A stretch of 64,000 nt of DNA from the NCBI GenBank assembly GCA_951406725.2, contig OX597836.1:50096001-50160000 (forward strand), written 5' to 3'. This DNA is from Octopus vulgaris. Taxonomy: Eukaryota. The notes beneath the pieces were generated by a model. The model did not search any database and was not told where the DNA came from. It saw only the letters and a program-made list of their open reading frames with translations. The position numbers were made by a program, and so were the translations under genes. Shown in pieces: positions 1-13,300 of the stretch (within the stretch, counting starts at the first letter, position 1; each line of letters starts with the position of its first letter).

Positions 1-258
1 ACGCACACACATATATACATTTACATATGCATGTATATAAATATATATGTATATGCATATATATATGTATGTATGTATCTGTCTATCTATATATATGTGT
101 GTACATATATATATGTGTACATATATATGTGTACATATATATATATGTGTGTACATGTATATATATATATATATATATACATGCATATACATATATATAC
201 ATGCATATATATATATATATATATATTCTCCACACACACACACATAGATATATGTATG
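1..258. repeat. Compound (TA)n/(CA)n/(TATG)n microsatellite
   Basis: Directly visible dinucleotide tracts; they produce the YIYI/HTHT ORFs. Confidence 0.95.
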
Positions 259-264
259 AATAGA

Positions 265-627
265 AACAAAGAGATGACACCAGAAAAACCAAATGTTATG
301 CAATGAGCTCCATTAGCTTATAGCTGTTTCTGCTGTAAGATGTGGTGGACTCTTAGTTAAGTACCAGGATAACATCCAATAGCTTCATCAGAGTCTTGAA
401 TATGAAGTGGACTTTATTTGAGAACGTTACATTTCCAGATGCCTGTACATTCAGAAAATGTAACTTTCCCAAATGAAATCCACTTCATATTCAGGGATCT
501 GATGAAGCCATAGGATAATATCCTGGTACTCAACTAAAAGTCCACCACATCTTACAGCAGAAACAGTTGTGAGCTAATGAAGTTCCTTACATGACATTTA
601 ATTCATTTGGTGTGTCACCTCTTTGTT
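265..627. mobile_element. Palindromic Penelope-like non-autonomous element with a hammerhead-like motif in each arm
   Basis: Imperfect inverted arms ~265-434 and ~456-627 with a ~21-nt spacer. CTGATGA at 499-505 (+) and 385-391 (-). GAAAC-AG(C/T)T-(G/A)T(G/A) at 560-571 (+) and ~319-330 (-). Confidence 0.6.
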
Positions 628-734
628 ATCTTACCACTTTTGCACTCATCCAATATTGTGTTCTGGACAATACCATATATTGAGTTCTACTCCAGGTTCT
701 TAGTCTCGCTATGTCTAAGCGAAATATTAATTAT

Positions 735-1230
735 CATCATCATCATCATCATCAGCTTCATCGTTGTTTAACGCCTGCTTTCTATGCTGGCATGGGTTGG
801 ATGGTTTGACTGAGAACTGGCAAGGTAGGAGGCTGCACCTGGTTCCACTCTGATTTGGTAAGGTTTCTACTGCTGGATGCCCTTTCTCTGAGAGTGTGGT
901 GGGTGCCTTTTACATGCCACTGGCATGGGTGCCAGTCAGGTGGCACTGGCATCAACCACGCTTGAATGGTGCTTTTTGTGTGCCAGTCAGGCGGCACTGT
1001 CATTGGCCATGACTATGATCTCACCTGGCTTTCTGGGTCTCCTCAAGCACTGAATATCTCCAAAGGTCTCGGTCATTTGTCATTGCCTCTGTGAAGCCCA
1101 GTGTTCAAAGGTCATGTTTCACTACCTCATCGCATGTCTTCCTGGGTCTCCTTCTTCCACAGGTTCCCTCCACTTTTAGGGTGTCACACTTCTTCATACA
1201 GCTCTCCTCATCCATACGCAGTACACACAC
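735..1230 (-). mobile_element. 5'-truncated RTE-clade LINE (ORF C-terminal remnant, 3' UTR, (GAT)n tail)
   Basis: Minus strand translates to [35 protein letters not shown], followed by a 3' UTR ending aacccatgccagcatagaaagcaggcgttaaac-(gat)n. Confidence 0.8.
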
Positions 1231-1259
1231 ACCTGATACTTCTTATGCTTCTTATTAAT

Positions 1260-1293
1260 ATGTGTGTGTGTATTGATATATAAATACACACAT

Positions 1294-1342
<49 letters not shown>

Positions 1343-1383
1343 ATATATATATACATATATGTATACATATATATATATATGTG

Positions 1384-1448
<65 letters not shown>

Positions 1449-1469
1449 GTATACATATATATATATGTG

Positions 1470-1508
<39 letters not shown>

Positions 1509-1621
1509 GTATATATATACAGAGAGAGGGAGAGACAGAAAGAGAGAGAGAAAGAGATAGATAGATATGTACACATATACATATACATATATATATGTAT
1601 ATATATATGTATATATGTATG

Positions 1622-1689
<68 letters not shown>

Positions 1690-1751
1690 TAGATAGATAT
1701 ATATATGTGTATATACATATATATATGCGTACATATGCATACACACACACA

Positions 1752-1792
<41 letters not shown>

Positions 1793-1816
1793 ATATACAT
1801 ATATATATGCATACAT

Positions 1817-1847
<31 letters not shown>

Positions 1848-1880
1848 CATATATATATATATATATATATATATCTGTCT
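1260..1880. repeat. Compound (CA)n/(TA)n/(GA)n microsatellite block
   Basis: Directly visible. Confidence 0.95.
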
Positions 1881-2923
1881 CTTCCTCTGACTATGTATCT
1901 CTCTCTCTGTTTTTCCCCGCATAGACTGTCTAGTTAACAAATTCACTTCATAATCACATAATTGCAAGTTCAATCCCTCTGCTTGGCTCTTTGCACAACA
2001 ATCTTCTATTATAACCTTGCCATAGATTGATAAACCGATTCTCACTGAAATTTGGGGCATGGAAATAGTACAGAACCCCATTGTATATGTATGTGTGCAT
2101 GTGCGTGCGTATCCATATGTGTGTATGAGTGTATATACATGGATGAAAGAGTGACTTTGTGTCTATGTATGTGTATATGTGTATGTATGTGTATGCATGT
2201 GTGTCTGTGTGCATATAAGTGTAAATATGTGTGTTTATGTGTGTGTATGCATGTATGTACGTGTGTGTGTGTGTGTGTGTACGTGTGTGTGTGTGTGTTT
2301 ATGTTTTTACACTGGACACCATTGGAGCTGAGGTGGCATTTGTTTATGTCTTGCAGATCAGGCGAGTAGATGAGGGTTAGCATCAGGAAATGCATCCAGC
2401 GTGTATGGTGCTGTTTTAACAAGTCTCATCCTACACACACAAGTTTGGTGAAAAGCAGACATAGAAAGGATGCCGACGATAATGACAACGATGGTGTGGG
2501 GGGGGGGGTATTGATGTTGGTGATGATGGTGATGGTGATGATGGTGATGTGGAAGATGAAGCCATGTACTGGGTGGACATCCACTATCACCACCACAAAC
2601 ACCACCACCACCACCAATCTCCACCACCACCACCACTGCTATCACTGTTACACAATCATCCTTCCAACATCGCCCCCCCCCATCCACCGCCACCACCGCC
2701 ATGGCTGTAGCGTGCTTGCTGAGTAATGTTTTAGCTATGCAGGCTGACTGCATCTGTAAGTCTATCTTCTATCCATCCAAGGCAGGCTGAGACAGACAGG
2801 CAGGCAGGCAGGCAGGCTGAAGACACACAGACAGGCAGACACGTACATAGTAACATAGACTGCCTGGCAGAGAGACAGTTTGGCAGACATAGAGATGTGT
2901 ATAGAGAGAGAATGGGGGTGAAT

Positions 2924-2967
<44 letters not shown>

Positions 2968-3077
2968 TAGAGATAGAGAGAGAGGGGGGAGGGAGACAGA
3001 GAGGGAATGACAGATAGATATACAAACTAATAGAGGGAGAGAGAGAGATAGAGAAGTAGATATAAAGATATAGACAA

Positions 3078-3150
<73 letters not shown>

Positions 3151-3884
3151 GGGCGAGAGAAAAAGAGAGAGAGAAAGAGAGGGGGAGAGAGAGAGGGAGA
3201 GAGAGAAAGAGAGAGAGAAAGAAAGAGAGAGAGAGAAATTGGTAGAGATCCATTTCTATGGATTTCCTTTTTAGATGCTGGTCTTGTGGAAGGGGCAGGA
3301 TGCATGTCCTTCCTGGGTCTTCTTAGACCAATGGGGTTGATGCCATTAATGGTCTTCTTGAATGTTTGTCAGTGAACATTTGAAGGTAAAATATGTGCAG
3401 GGAGCGAATTGTTGAGATTTGAAATTCTAGGATGGAAGACCTTGGTTTTAGGGTTAAGGGAAGGGTCAGAGTGCTGTGGGGTTGGAGAAGTGCATGGGTT
3501 GATGAAAGGGGGAGAGATAAATGGGTTAAGAATGTATGGCTGGGAATGGCATGAACTGCAGAAGAACCAAAGAGTAGAAACCATTAACAGAAGAAGTAGA
3601 AAAGGTAGAGAAAGGGAACAAGGCAGCTGAAGGGCGAGAGACTGGAACATGGCTGGGAGTCTGTGAGTGACTTCCTGCTAATCCATCAGATGGTCCTTTC
3701 CTGAAGGAACTGAAGGATGTAAGAAATGTATAGAGTGCAAGAACACCAGGTAGACAGACGACAGACAGACTGGCTTATAGACATATAAATAGTTCTCATG
3801 TCCCACTAAAGAACACAGTGGGTAGTGTAGTCCTAGATATATTATGTCATGGAAGGTCAAATGGAAGGTCATGACTGGAATATG

Positions 3885-4135
3885 ATGATCATCATCATCG
3901 TTTAACATCTGCTTTCCATGCTGGCATGGGTTGGATGGTTTGACTGAGGAGTGGCAAGCTGGAAGGATGCACCAGGCTCCAGTCTTGATCTCGCAAAGTT
4001 TCTACAGCTGGATGCCCTTCCTAACGCCAAGCACTCTGAGAGTGTAGTGGGTGCTCTTTACGTGCCACCAGCACAAGAGCCAGTCAGGTGGCACTGGCAT
4101 CAGTCGCACTCGAATGGTGCTTTTTATGTGCCTAT
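3885..4135 (-). mobile_element. RTE-family 3' UTR copy with (GAT)n tail
   Basis: Same conserved block as other copies (on minus: ggcacgtaaagagcacccactacactc..ttggcgttaggaagggcatccagctgtagaaac..aacccatgccagcatggaaag). Confidence 0.8.
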
Positions 4136-4343
4136 ACCTATACATATATAGGTAGTGCTTAGCCATGCAGAAGTTATAGAGTCAAGAGGTGAGATCCAGA
4201 GATGCTTAATATAGAAAACACATAGTAGTGCTCAAATGATTTGATCATTCCGAAGTCTTTATCAATGATTAAGTCCATGGCTTAAGGAATGGATAGTTGC
4301 CAATCTTTCCACTCTGATGGTAATGTTTCTATGCATCACCCAC

Positions 4344-4489
4344 CAGTTGCATATCTTTGACTTTTTCTACACTCCATCTGCCATTGTGAACATTACAACT
4401 ATTATGTAATTCTGGACCTCCAGAAACAGCTGTCAATCTTGCAATGCTGTCTCCCTTAGTTTTCTTTTTGCACTCCTTGTGAATCTGTT
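4344..4489 (-). CDS. Candidate internal coding exon of an unidentified gene: (E)QIHKECKKKTKGDSIARLTAVSGGPELHNSCNVHNGRWSVEKVKDMQL
   Basis: Non-repetitive island with acceptor tatatttacag| and donor ctg|gtgggt; only one of three frames is open. No recognisable domain. Confidence 0.35.
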
Positions 4490-4659
4490 CTGTAAATATA
4501 TAAACATCTGCTTGCTTACTCATGAGTATTTGTCTTGTAAATAGTTTCAGCTTTTGTTTCTCTCCATATATATCCCTATATATATTTACATGTGTATATG
4601 TATCTATGTACGTTTATTATATATATCAAGCCCAAGCATGTTTGTCTACACCACTATCA

Positions 4660-4788
<129 letters not shown>

Positions 4789-7064
4789 AAACACAAAATT
4801 TTGTCAGACCAGGACCCCTGTATCCCAGTCTACATTTGTTCAACATAGACATTTTATACCTTTTTGGAATCAGGATGGTCCTAGGATTGAAAATTGACCC
4901 TTCATTTGGTTCTTGAAAATCTAGCGTGGAGATCTGATTTAAGAGCATTTTGGTTGCTATTTCTTGAAGGTAAAGCTTGTCTGATTCATGCCATCTTGGT
5001 TGGCATTTTTCAGAGATCAAGAGGGAGATAAAGGACATTCACTTCGTTAATTTTACGTTGAGATAAGAACTTTGGGACAAATTGTCCAACAGTTGGAATT
5101 CCACTTGGGACTGGAACAATAGAATGATGACATAACAGAATTAATTCTCATCCGCCCTTAACCTCTGATCAAACACCACTAGGGGGCCTATAGTCATTAT
5201 AGACGTATTACAGTCATGCTATTTAGCTGTCTTTGGTTTTGGGTCACAGGTCCAATTAGCCCTCTGCAGGAGATGACTTAAAAGTCGGCATGGAGGGCGG
5301 CCTTTAAGCTAGTAGATATATATAAATACACACATACACATCATCATCATCACTATTATGGTTGTCACAAGAAAAAAAAAAACCATCCAGTCCACTCTGT
5401 CAAATGGTTGGCATCAGGAATGGCATTGAAACATAGAAACCATTCCAAAGCAGACATTAATGCATGACTTCTGTGAGTTGTCAGTTAATGCCAAACTGCT
5501 TGACCCATGGCAGCAAAGAAACCAGACAATGAATGACAATGAGAATGATGATATGATGTTTGAGGTGAGGGACACCCACAACAGACTGCCACGTTTATAT
5601 GAAGATACACAAACTGGGAATCGTGTTGTAAATGTGTATGGATTAAAGATTTTCCAAAGAACTCTTCCAACAGGAACTCACTCACATCTACCTAATGCGG
5701 GCATTTATGTGATGGCTGACAAGGAACTGAAAGTAAGTCATTCTAAGTGTAGGCTTTGAAGGTAATGATATGATAGATGTAAGCGATCATTTCATCAGAC
5801 TTATTGGGGGATATTTTAGACCCAATGTAGTTGTTGTTGTTGTTGCTCTTCTTCTTCTTGGTGGTGGTGGTGTTTAGCCCTTAACTTGTATGACATAATA
5901 CCATATGAGACTACATCAGTCAGCCAGTGCTGAAACGTATGGTATTACAAGTATTATACTAACATTCCTTACATTCATTTTGAAGAAATTAAGAAACTCT
6001 CAAATTCAAGAGAGAAAATCTTAATCCATTCTTTTAACATTCATTTTACCCAGAATGCACTGGGTGCTTTTTACATGGTGCCAGCATTGGTAAGGTCACC
6101 AAGTAACTCACAAGACAAGGGCCCTCCTCTGATTTAGGGTGGAGTTTGCAAATAGATAAACATAACCAACTACTTTTAAGGTGAGGGATGCTACACAAGA
6201 TTCTTGGGTACAAGAACTCTTTAGCCCTTTTAATATCAATCCATCTGAAGCCCCCCCCCATTCCCCAGTTTTATGTAAGTTTTGTTCGAAATCTTTTTAA
6301 ATGAACACTAATCGTCATATTTTATGTAAGAATTTTTTGTTGTTAAAAGTAAATTCACATGTGGTTACTTTAGTGGTTAAAGCCATTACAAGGGAGATAA
6401 TCACTTCTTCTTAATATTTGGTGGGATTAGAAATTTGAATTATAAAAAAAAAGACACATACAATTCACATATCTAATTCTTCTTTTCTTTACTTATGAAA
6501 TTTTACAGTTTCTCATTGGAGGTCATCAGGTACCATTTCCTTCCTTTTACAAATTGTCACATTTTATGAAGCAAGACACTTCATTAAAGAGAGAAATAAT
6601 TAATGCCTGGAGGAATCTTTGATTCCCCTTTTCTTTGTGGGACATTAACGGTTATTGAGTAGGAAATCATTTTACTTGATTATTTTCAATACAACGAGTA
6701 AAAGAAAAAGATTGTCAAAGATAAAAGAAGTCAAATCTTTTGTCCATTTCAAAGTTTAGTTGTCATTGTTCTGTTGAAATAAACTGACCTTGTTTCAGTT
6801 AATTTCGAAAATAGTGAAATATTTATCAAAATAACTTTGTTATTATCAAGCTGGTGTTTGGAACAAAAATAAACATGAAATTTTGAAGGCAAATTTCAAA
6901 TTAGATTCCTTTGAAAACCGAAAGCTGGTGTTACAGAACCAAAGGCAATTCCTGGCAGGTTGGCATCAGACTTGATGCTACATCTTGGTTCTGCAAAGTC
7001 TGCTTACCATAATCTTATTCCACAGTTGCATTACATTCTTTTACCATGACATTGGCTGTTATTG

Positions 7065-7107
<43 letters not shown>

Positions 7108-7444
7108 TGTGTGTGTGTGTGTGTGTGCACGTGCACGCGTGTGCAGGCATACACATACACATGCATACATAGACACACACATATATGAATCCTAAAAATC
7201 ATGGTGAATCCTAAAAAATGTAGGGTGAAAAAGAGTTGGGAAGGAATCCCTCTAAATATTGCAATGTTTGAAGACAGGATTGAACAAAGGTAACAAAATA
7301 CGTTTGTAAAACATACAGAAGCTTGCTTTGTCAACCACATGGCTGTGGGTTCAATCCAGCTGCATGGCATCTTGCATAAGTGCCCTGGGGTGACCAATGC
7401 TTTGTGAGTGAATTCAGGAGATTGAAACTATGTGGAAACCAGTT

Positions 7445-7475
<31 letters not shown>

Positions 7476-7846
7476 ACTTTGTGCTTGTGTTTGTCACCAC
7501 CACTGCTTGACAACCAGTGTTGCTTTGTTTATATTCCTGTAACTTTAGCTGAAGTAAGCACTTCAGCAAAAGATACTGATGGAATATGTAGCAGGCATAG
7601 AAATAAGAATTAGGGTCAATTTGCTTGACTAAACCCTTCGAGGTGTATGCTCCAGCATGGCCACTGTCCAATGACTGAAACAAGCAAAAGATAAAAAAAC
7701 TGTTGCATACACACACACACACGTACACACACATACACACACATACACTCACGCATGTACACACATGCATACACACACAGACGCACACACGCCTGCAGGC
7801 ACATTTGAAATACTCAGAAGTGAATAAACAGATTGAAGATGCTGAA

Positions 7847-7880
<34 letters not shown>

Positions 7881-9059
7881 TGAGAGAGCGAGAGAGAGAG
7901 AGAGACAGAGAGAGAGCGAGAGAGAGAGAGAGAGAAGAGAGAGAGCGAGAGAGAGAGAGAGAAAGTGAGAGAGAGAGAGAGAGAGAGAGATGGATCTACA
8001 AGCATAGAAGCAGAGAGGTTCGTTAAGCAAACCCACAAAACAGACAGATTTTTTTTTTGCTATAAAAGACAACAATAAAAGCAAACATTTTGGTGATTAA
8101 AAAGAGATATCAATGGAGAGGATAGAGTGAGGAGAAGTGAGAGAGGGAGGGGAGGGAGAGGGAGAGGAGAAGTGAGAGAGGGAGGGGAGGGAGAGGGAGA
8201 GGAGGAGAGAGTAGAATTTAAATTAAATTACAATAAGAGATTTAGAGGTAATCTGAGGATGGATATGAGAGGGGGAGGGGGAGAAGAAAATGAAGGAAAA
8301 CATTGAAATGTGAGAAAGGGTGGGGGAGGGGAGTGAGGCGGTGGAAAAAATCGTTAAAAGTTTCTGGTTTCTAAATTTGCTTCTGGAGCCTGTGGTCTCA
8401 GGTTCAGTTTCAAAGTGAGGCACTTAGAGTAAGTGTTATATTTTTTTTTGCTATGGCTCCAGGTCAGGTAAAGTCATGTGAATGGATTCGATTGATAGAA
8501 ACTGAATGAAGCCTCTCATATATTTATTACGTGTGTGTGTTTGTGCCATTGTCTTCACATCAACTGGTGATTGTAAACGAGTGCCACTGTCCTACAAGCA
8601 GTGCTGTTTACTTCCAGTCTTCATGAAAAACTTGTCAACATGTCTAGCCATGAGGGAATATCATCTTGCATGGAAACAGATGAGGGTTAGCAACAGGAAG
8701 GGCATCCTGCTTTAGAAAATCTGCCTCAGCAACTTCTACCCGACCCAGAATGGCCATGAATTCTTTGGTTTCTTAAAAAAATTACAAAGAGTTTCATGGG
8801 CTTTCAAGTTTCAAAGAATTTCCCAATTTCGTTAATAACGAGGAAAACTACAACATTCTTAAACATGTCTCAACATCTCAACTGTGATTTATTTACATTT
8901 AGGGGACTAGTTAGGGTCCACATCAAGAAAAAATAATTTTGATAAATTTCAAAAGGTTAGATTTTGATCTGGAATTATCAACCATGGTTGGTGATTTGTA
9001 ACAATTTACTGAAGAGTTTAAAAAAAGAAAAAAAACTATTCTGTAAATGGTCACATTAT

Positions 9060-9245
9060 GGCAAAAGGGCCGATACAACTTGGCGCCAGTGATGTCGCAA
9101 CTCATTTCTACAGCTGAGTGAACTGGAGCAATGCAAAATAAAGTGTCTCGCTCAAGACCACAGCATGCAGCCTGGTCCAGGAATCGAACTCACAACTTCC
9201 CGATTGTAAGCTTGACACTCTAACCACTGAGCCATACACCTTCAT
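9060..9245 (-). mobile_element. tRNA-derived SINE, family D (partial)
   Basis: A-box tggctcagtgg and B-box agttcgattcc on minus, then cttgagcgagacacttt..ccagttcactcagctgtagaaatgag. Related copies at ~31357-31685, ~43230-43420, ~50850-51105 and ~54680-54955. Confidence 0.75.
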
Positions 9246-9289
9246 AACATTAATAACAACATTAATAATAATAATAAGGATAATAATAA

Positions 9290-11344
9290 TAATTCTGGTT
9301 GAAGGCCAGCATTTTTGATGGAAGAGGGTTCCATCAACCTCAGCCCTTCCCTGATTCTTATGAGGATCAAAAGCCAAAAGCATGAAAGGTAAAGTCAACC
9401 TCAGCTAAATTTGAACTCACAACATGACAGACAAAATGCCATTCAATATTTGGTCTGCAAACGGTTCAGCCTTCATCATAACAATAATAATAATAATAAC
9501 AATAATAATAATAATAATAACGATAATGTTGGCAAACAAATTTTGGCACAAGGCCAGCAATTTCAGAGCATGGGAAAGTCAATTAACTGGGACTTGTTCT
9601 ATCAACCCTGAAAGGATGTAAAGCTAAGTCGACCTTGGCGGAATTTGAACTCAGAATGTAGCAATGGGCAAAATGCCACTAAGTATCTTGCCTTGCATGC
9701 TAATGATTCTTGCCAGCTCACTATTGGTCAATAATAATAATGGTAATGATGATGATGATGATGATGACAATCCTTTCTATCAAAGGCACAAGGCCTCAAA
9801 TTTGGTGGGAGGGGATTAGTCGATTATATTGAATGACCCCCAGTGTTTCGCTGGTATTTAATTTATCAAGCCTGAAAGGATGAAAGGCAAAGTCGTCCTC
9901 GGTGGAATTTGAACTCAGAACGTAACAACAGGCAAAATACCGCTAGGCATTTCATCCAGCTTGCTGCCTTCAATAATAATAATAACAATAGCAGAAGAAG
10001 AAGAAGAAGAAGATTTGGAATGAGACAGTGGCACACATTGTGACAGAATGCCCCAAGCTGGCACAGAAAAGATATAAGAAATGGGGACACGGGCAGGTTG
10101 TAAGAGTTTTGCACCGGAAACTGTGCCAGAAATGGGAATTTGAAGATGGAAACACATGGTACAATCATCGAGTCGAAAGAGTCCTGGAGTCGGAGTATTG
10201 TAAAATTTTGAGAGACTTTCCGATTCAAATGGACAAGAAATTAGAAAATATTAGACCAGACTTAACAATTATGAATAAGGAAACGCAAAGTTGCTTACTT
10301 ATTGACCCCTCAGCCTGTTTCATTCCTCGATCATAAAGAAAGAGGAAGAAAAACAGAAAACAAAAAATACAATCCTTTAAAATTTGAAATAGGAAGAATT
10401 TGGAGCATGTGAACAGTAAAGTTTGTGCCTAAAATAATTGGTTTGTTGGGAACAGTAAGCAAAGATAGAGACAAATGGCTGAAGGAGATTAGAATAGAAT
10501 TCCCGGTAGAGCCTCTACAGAGAGTTTGTCTCTTAAGGACAGCAAGGATTATCAGGAAGGTCCTAAGCATTTGAAAGATTGCTGAAAACTTGTGGATACC
10601 CAAGGTTACAGGTAATAATCCGCTACCCATTTAAATCCTTCCAAGAATAAGACCAAACCAAAACAATAATCCTTTCTACTCTAGGCACAAGGCCTGAAAT
10701 TGTGAGGGAGGGGGCTAGTCGATTACATCGACCCCGGTACGTAACTGGTACCTATTTCATCAACCCTAAAAGAATGAAAGGCAGAGCCAACCCTGGCAGA
10801 ATTTGAACTCAGGATGTGAAGACAAATGGAATGCTTCTAGGCATTTCACCTGGTCTGCTAACAGTTCTGCCAAATCGCTGCCATAACAGTAGTAATAATA
10901 ATAACAATCACTTCTACTATAGGCACAAGGCCTGAAATTTTAGGAGAAGTTACTGGTTGATTACATCAACCCCAGTATGTAACTGGTACTTAATTTATTG
11001 ACCCCCAAAAGGATGACAGTCAAAGTTGACCTCAGCAGAATTTGAACTCAGAACCTGAAGCATTTCACCCAACATGCGAATGATTCTGCCTGCTCACTGC
11101 CATAACAGTAGTAATAATAATAATAATAATAATAATAATTTTTTTTTCCTACTCTAGGCACAAGGCCCGAAATTGTGAGGGAGGGGGCTAGTCAATTAGA
11201 TCAATCCCAGAGCATAACTGGTACTTAATTTATTGACCCTGAAAGGATGAGAAGCAAAGTCGACCTCGGTGGAATTTGAACTCAGAACATAGCAACAGGC
11301 GAAATACCACTAAGCACTTCACCTGGCATGCTAATGATTCTGCT

Positions 11345-11345
<1 letters not shown>
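9290..11345 (-). mobile_element. Head-to-tail array of ~6 tRNA-derived SINEs (family C, Nin/Deu-like core) separated by (AAT)n
   Basis: Copies at ~9290-9475, 9530-9722, 9770-9970, 10670-10882, 10908-11100 and 11148-11345. Each has gagttcaaattcc (B-box) and a gcctttcatcctttcagggtcaataaattaagtaccag-like core, with an (ATT)n tail on minus. The Nin/Deu assignment is from recall. Confidence 0.8.
10010..10665 (+). mobile_element. R4/Dong-type non-LTR retrotransposon 3' remnant (CCHC tail plus restriction-like endonuclease), frameshifted
   Basis: ETVAHIVTECPKLAQKRY..ILRDFPIQMDKKLENIRPDLTI..CLLID; ends LQRVCLLRTARIIRKVLSI* at ~10574; followed by aataat. Confidence 0.85.
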
Positions 11346-11415
<70 letters not shown>

Positions 11416-11829
11416 AGCAATAATGATAGCAATAATAATAATAACAACAATTTCCACAAACATGATACATCCCTGTAAAGAATTCAAAGTTTGAACCCCA
11501 AGGTTTATGTCTCCCAAACTAAAAATGGTTTAATCTTGGACCCCCCCCCCCCCCTACCACCACCAAAAAAAATGTTAAATTCTCTGGAAGAATTGGTTAC
11601 TTTTCTTGTATTTCTATTTTTGTAAAGCTTCAAAAACCTTTATTACCGTAAAACAAAATAAAACTATAAAAAAGCAAAATGGAACAAAAAAAAGGCGGGA
11701 TTTTTTGTAAAAGGAAAGAGATTTCTTTTGGGAGTAAAATTTCAAAAATTGGTAGAAATCCAATTGGTTGAAAGGCACCAACGGCAAATGGGGGTGGCAT
11801 GAGTGGAATCAGTGGGGAAGGCTCTATGT

Positions 11830-12720
11830 TGTTACTTAACCTGCTAGAAATAGCAGTCAGCTACCTACCATATTATACTGTTGTCCAGATTGCACCGTTC
11901 GAAAAGAAATGAAGATATGGTCATGGATGGAGTCTCCTTTGATTATAGGTATACTCAGCCAAGAGCTGGCTTTGAACTCAACAACAACAGCAGCAACTAT
12001 AGCAGTAAATAAGGTTTGGTAATGTTTTTCAAACCAAAACTGAATCTCCTCAGTGGCCCCTCAAACAGCATAAAATAGCACCCACATCTCCCTCAAAATC
12101 TACCCCTATTGTCTTAAAAAAAGAACAACATAATTTGTAATGTAGCCCTCTATATGCTGACTGGAAAAATTCGAGGGTGTGGTCATAACCGGAACATCTT
12201 TGATCACAAGTCTGTTTCACTAGGGTTCCACCTGGGTCTAAACACCACCACCACCACCAACAACAACAACAGTAACACTGGATCTAGTACCACCCCCACT
12301 ACAAGTAAATGAAGGGACCTCTGTAGGGTTGCTTGACTTGCTAGAAAGACCACAGATATTCCCCTCAAATGACATCCTTCTGCATTTATAAATGAAGAAC
12401 ACTGTTTATTCCCTATCTGGTTAAATAAGATGGGTGGTCATATTAGGAATGTCATATAAAGGCTTGATTATCGCAGACCGAAGGCTAAGCAACAAAAACA
12501 ACAACTGTATGCTTTTATCTCCTTTATTATAATGGCAAGATAACAAGGGTGCCTCTTGTAATGCTAGAAATAGTAGCCAAATCTCTCATATTACACCTTA
12601 GTGTCTTAAAAAAGGAAGGACACATTGGATATATAATCTTTGAGTTCCAATGTAAGATGGAATGGTCTGAGTTGGAATGTCTGCCATAGAGCTAAGCAAT
12701 GGCAACAACACCAACAACAT
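11830..12720 (+). mobile_element. Array of ~4 diverged copies of a (CAA)n-tailed short retroposon (family F)
   Basis: Recurring tgctagaaatagcagcc..tggtcatggctggaatg..tttgatcataggt..ctaaacaacaac units. Other copies at ~48330-48530 (-) and ~56570-57035 (+). Confidence 0.65.
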
Positions 12721-12932
12721 TAGAAGGATTATTGACCATGGGTGAAAAGGAGAGGGTTGGAGTTTTGGAAAGAAGTTTTGAAACTGCACAAGAATAAAGT
12801 GGTCTGCTGGTCAATGCCAGAAGGGAAAACTGGGCTGAGCTTGCCATTATTAAAATGAAAAAATATGTTTTCAAAATAAAAGTCTTTCTTTACATTTCGT
12901 CATATAATTAAAACAAAACTTCAGTTTCATCT

Positions 12933-12973
<41 letters not shown>

Positions 12974-13265
12974 GCTTTCCTTCATTCTATTACTTTCTTG
13001 CCTCCCTCTATCTATCTATCTATCTATTGCTCTCTCTCTCTCTCTTTCACATTCTTTATAAAACATACGCATATACAAACGACCACTAAATTTGTGATTT
13101 ATTTAGCCAGGATCCCTAAATAGAATACATGTGCACATCTATGCATGTGTGTGACACACACACACCAGATAGTTAACTCAAAAGATACATACATACATAT
13201 ACAAGCATATATATATGTGTGTGTGTGTATGCATACACACACACACATATATATATATATGCATT

Positions 13266-13300
<35 letters not shown>

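Noticed and set aside
3678-3908. Minus ORF with YVYKPV..VYLVF resembling a Penelope RT C-terminal motif
   Set aside because: Similarity is too weak to call without a profile search.
6500-6532. Minus-strand CTGATGA..GAAAC-TGTA
   Set aside because: No stem I or stem II pairing; probably chance.
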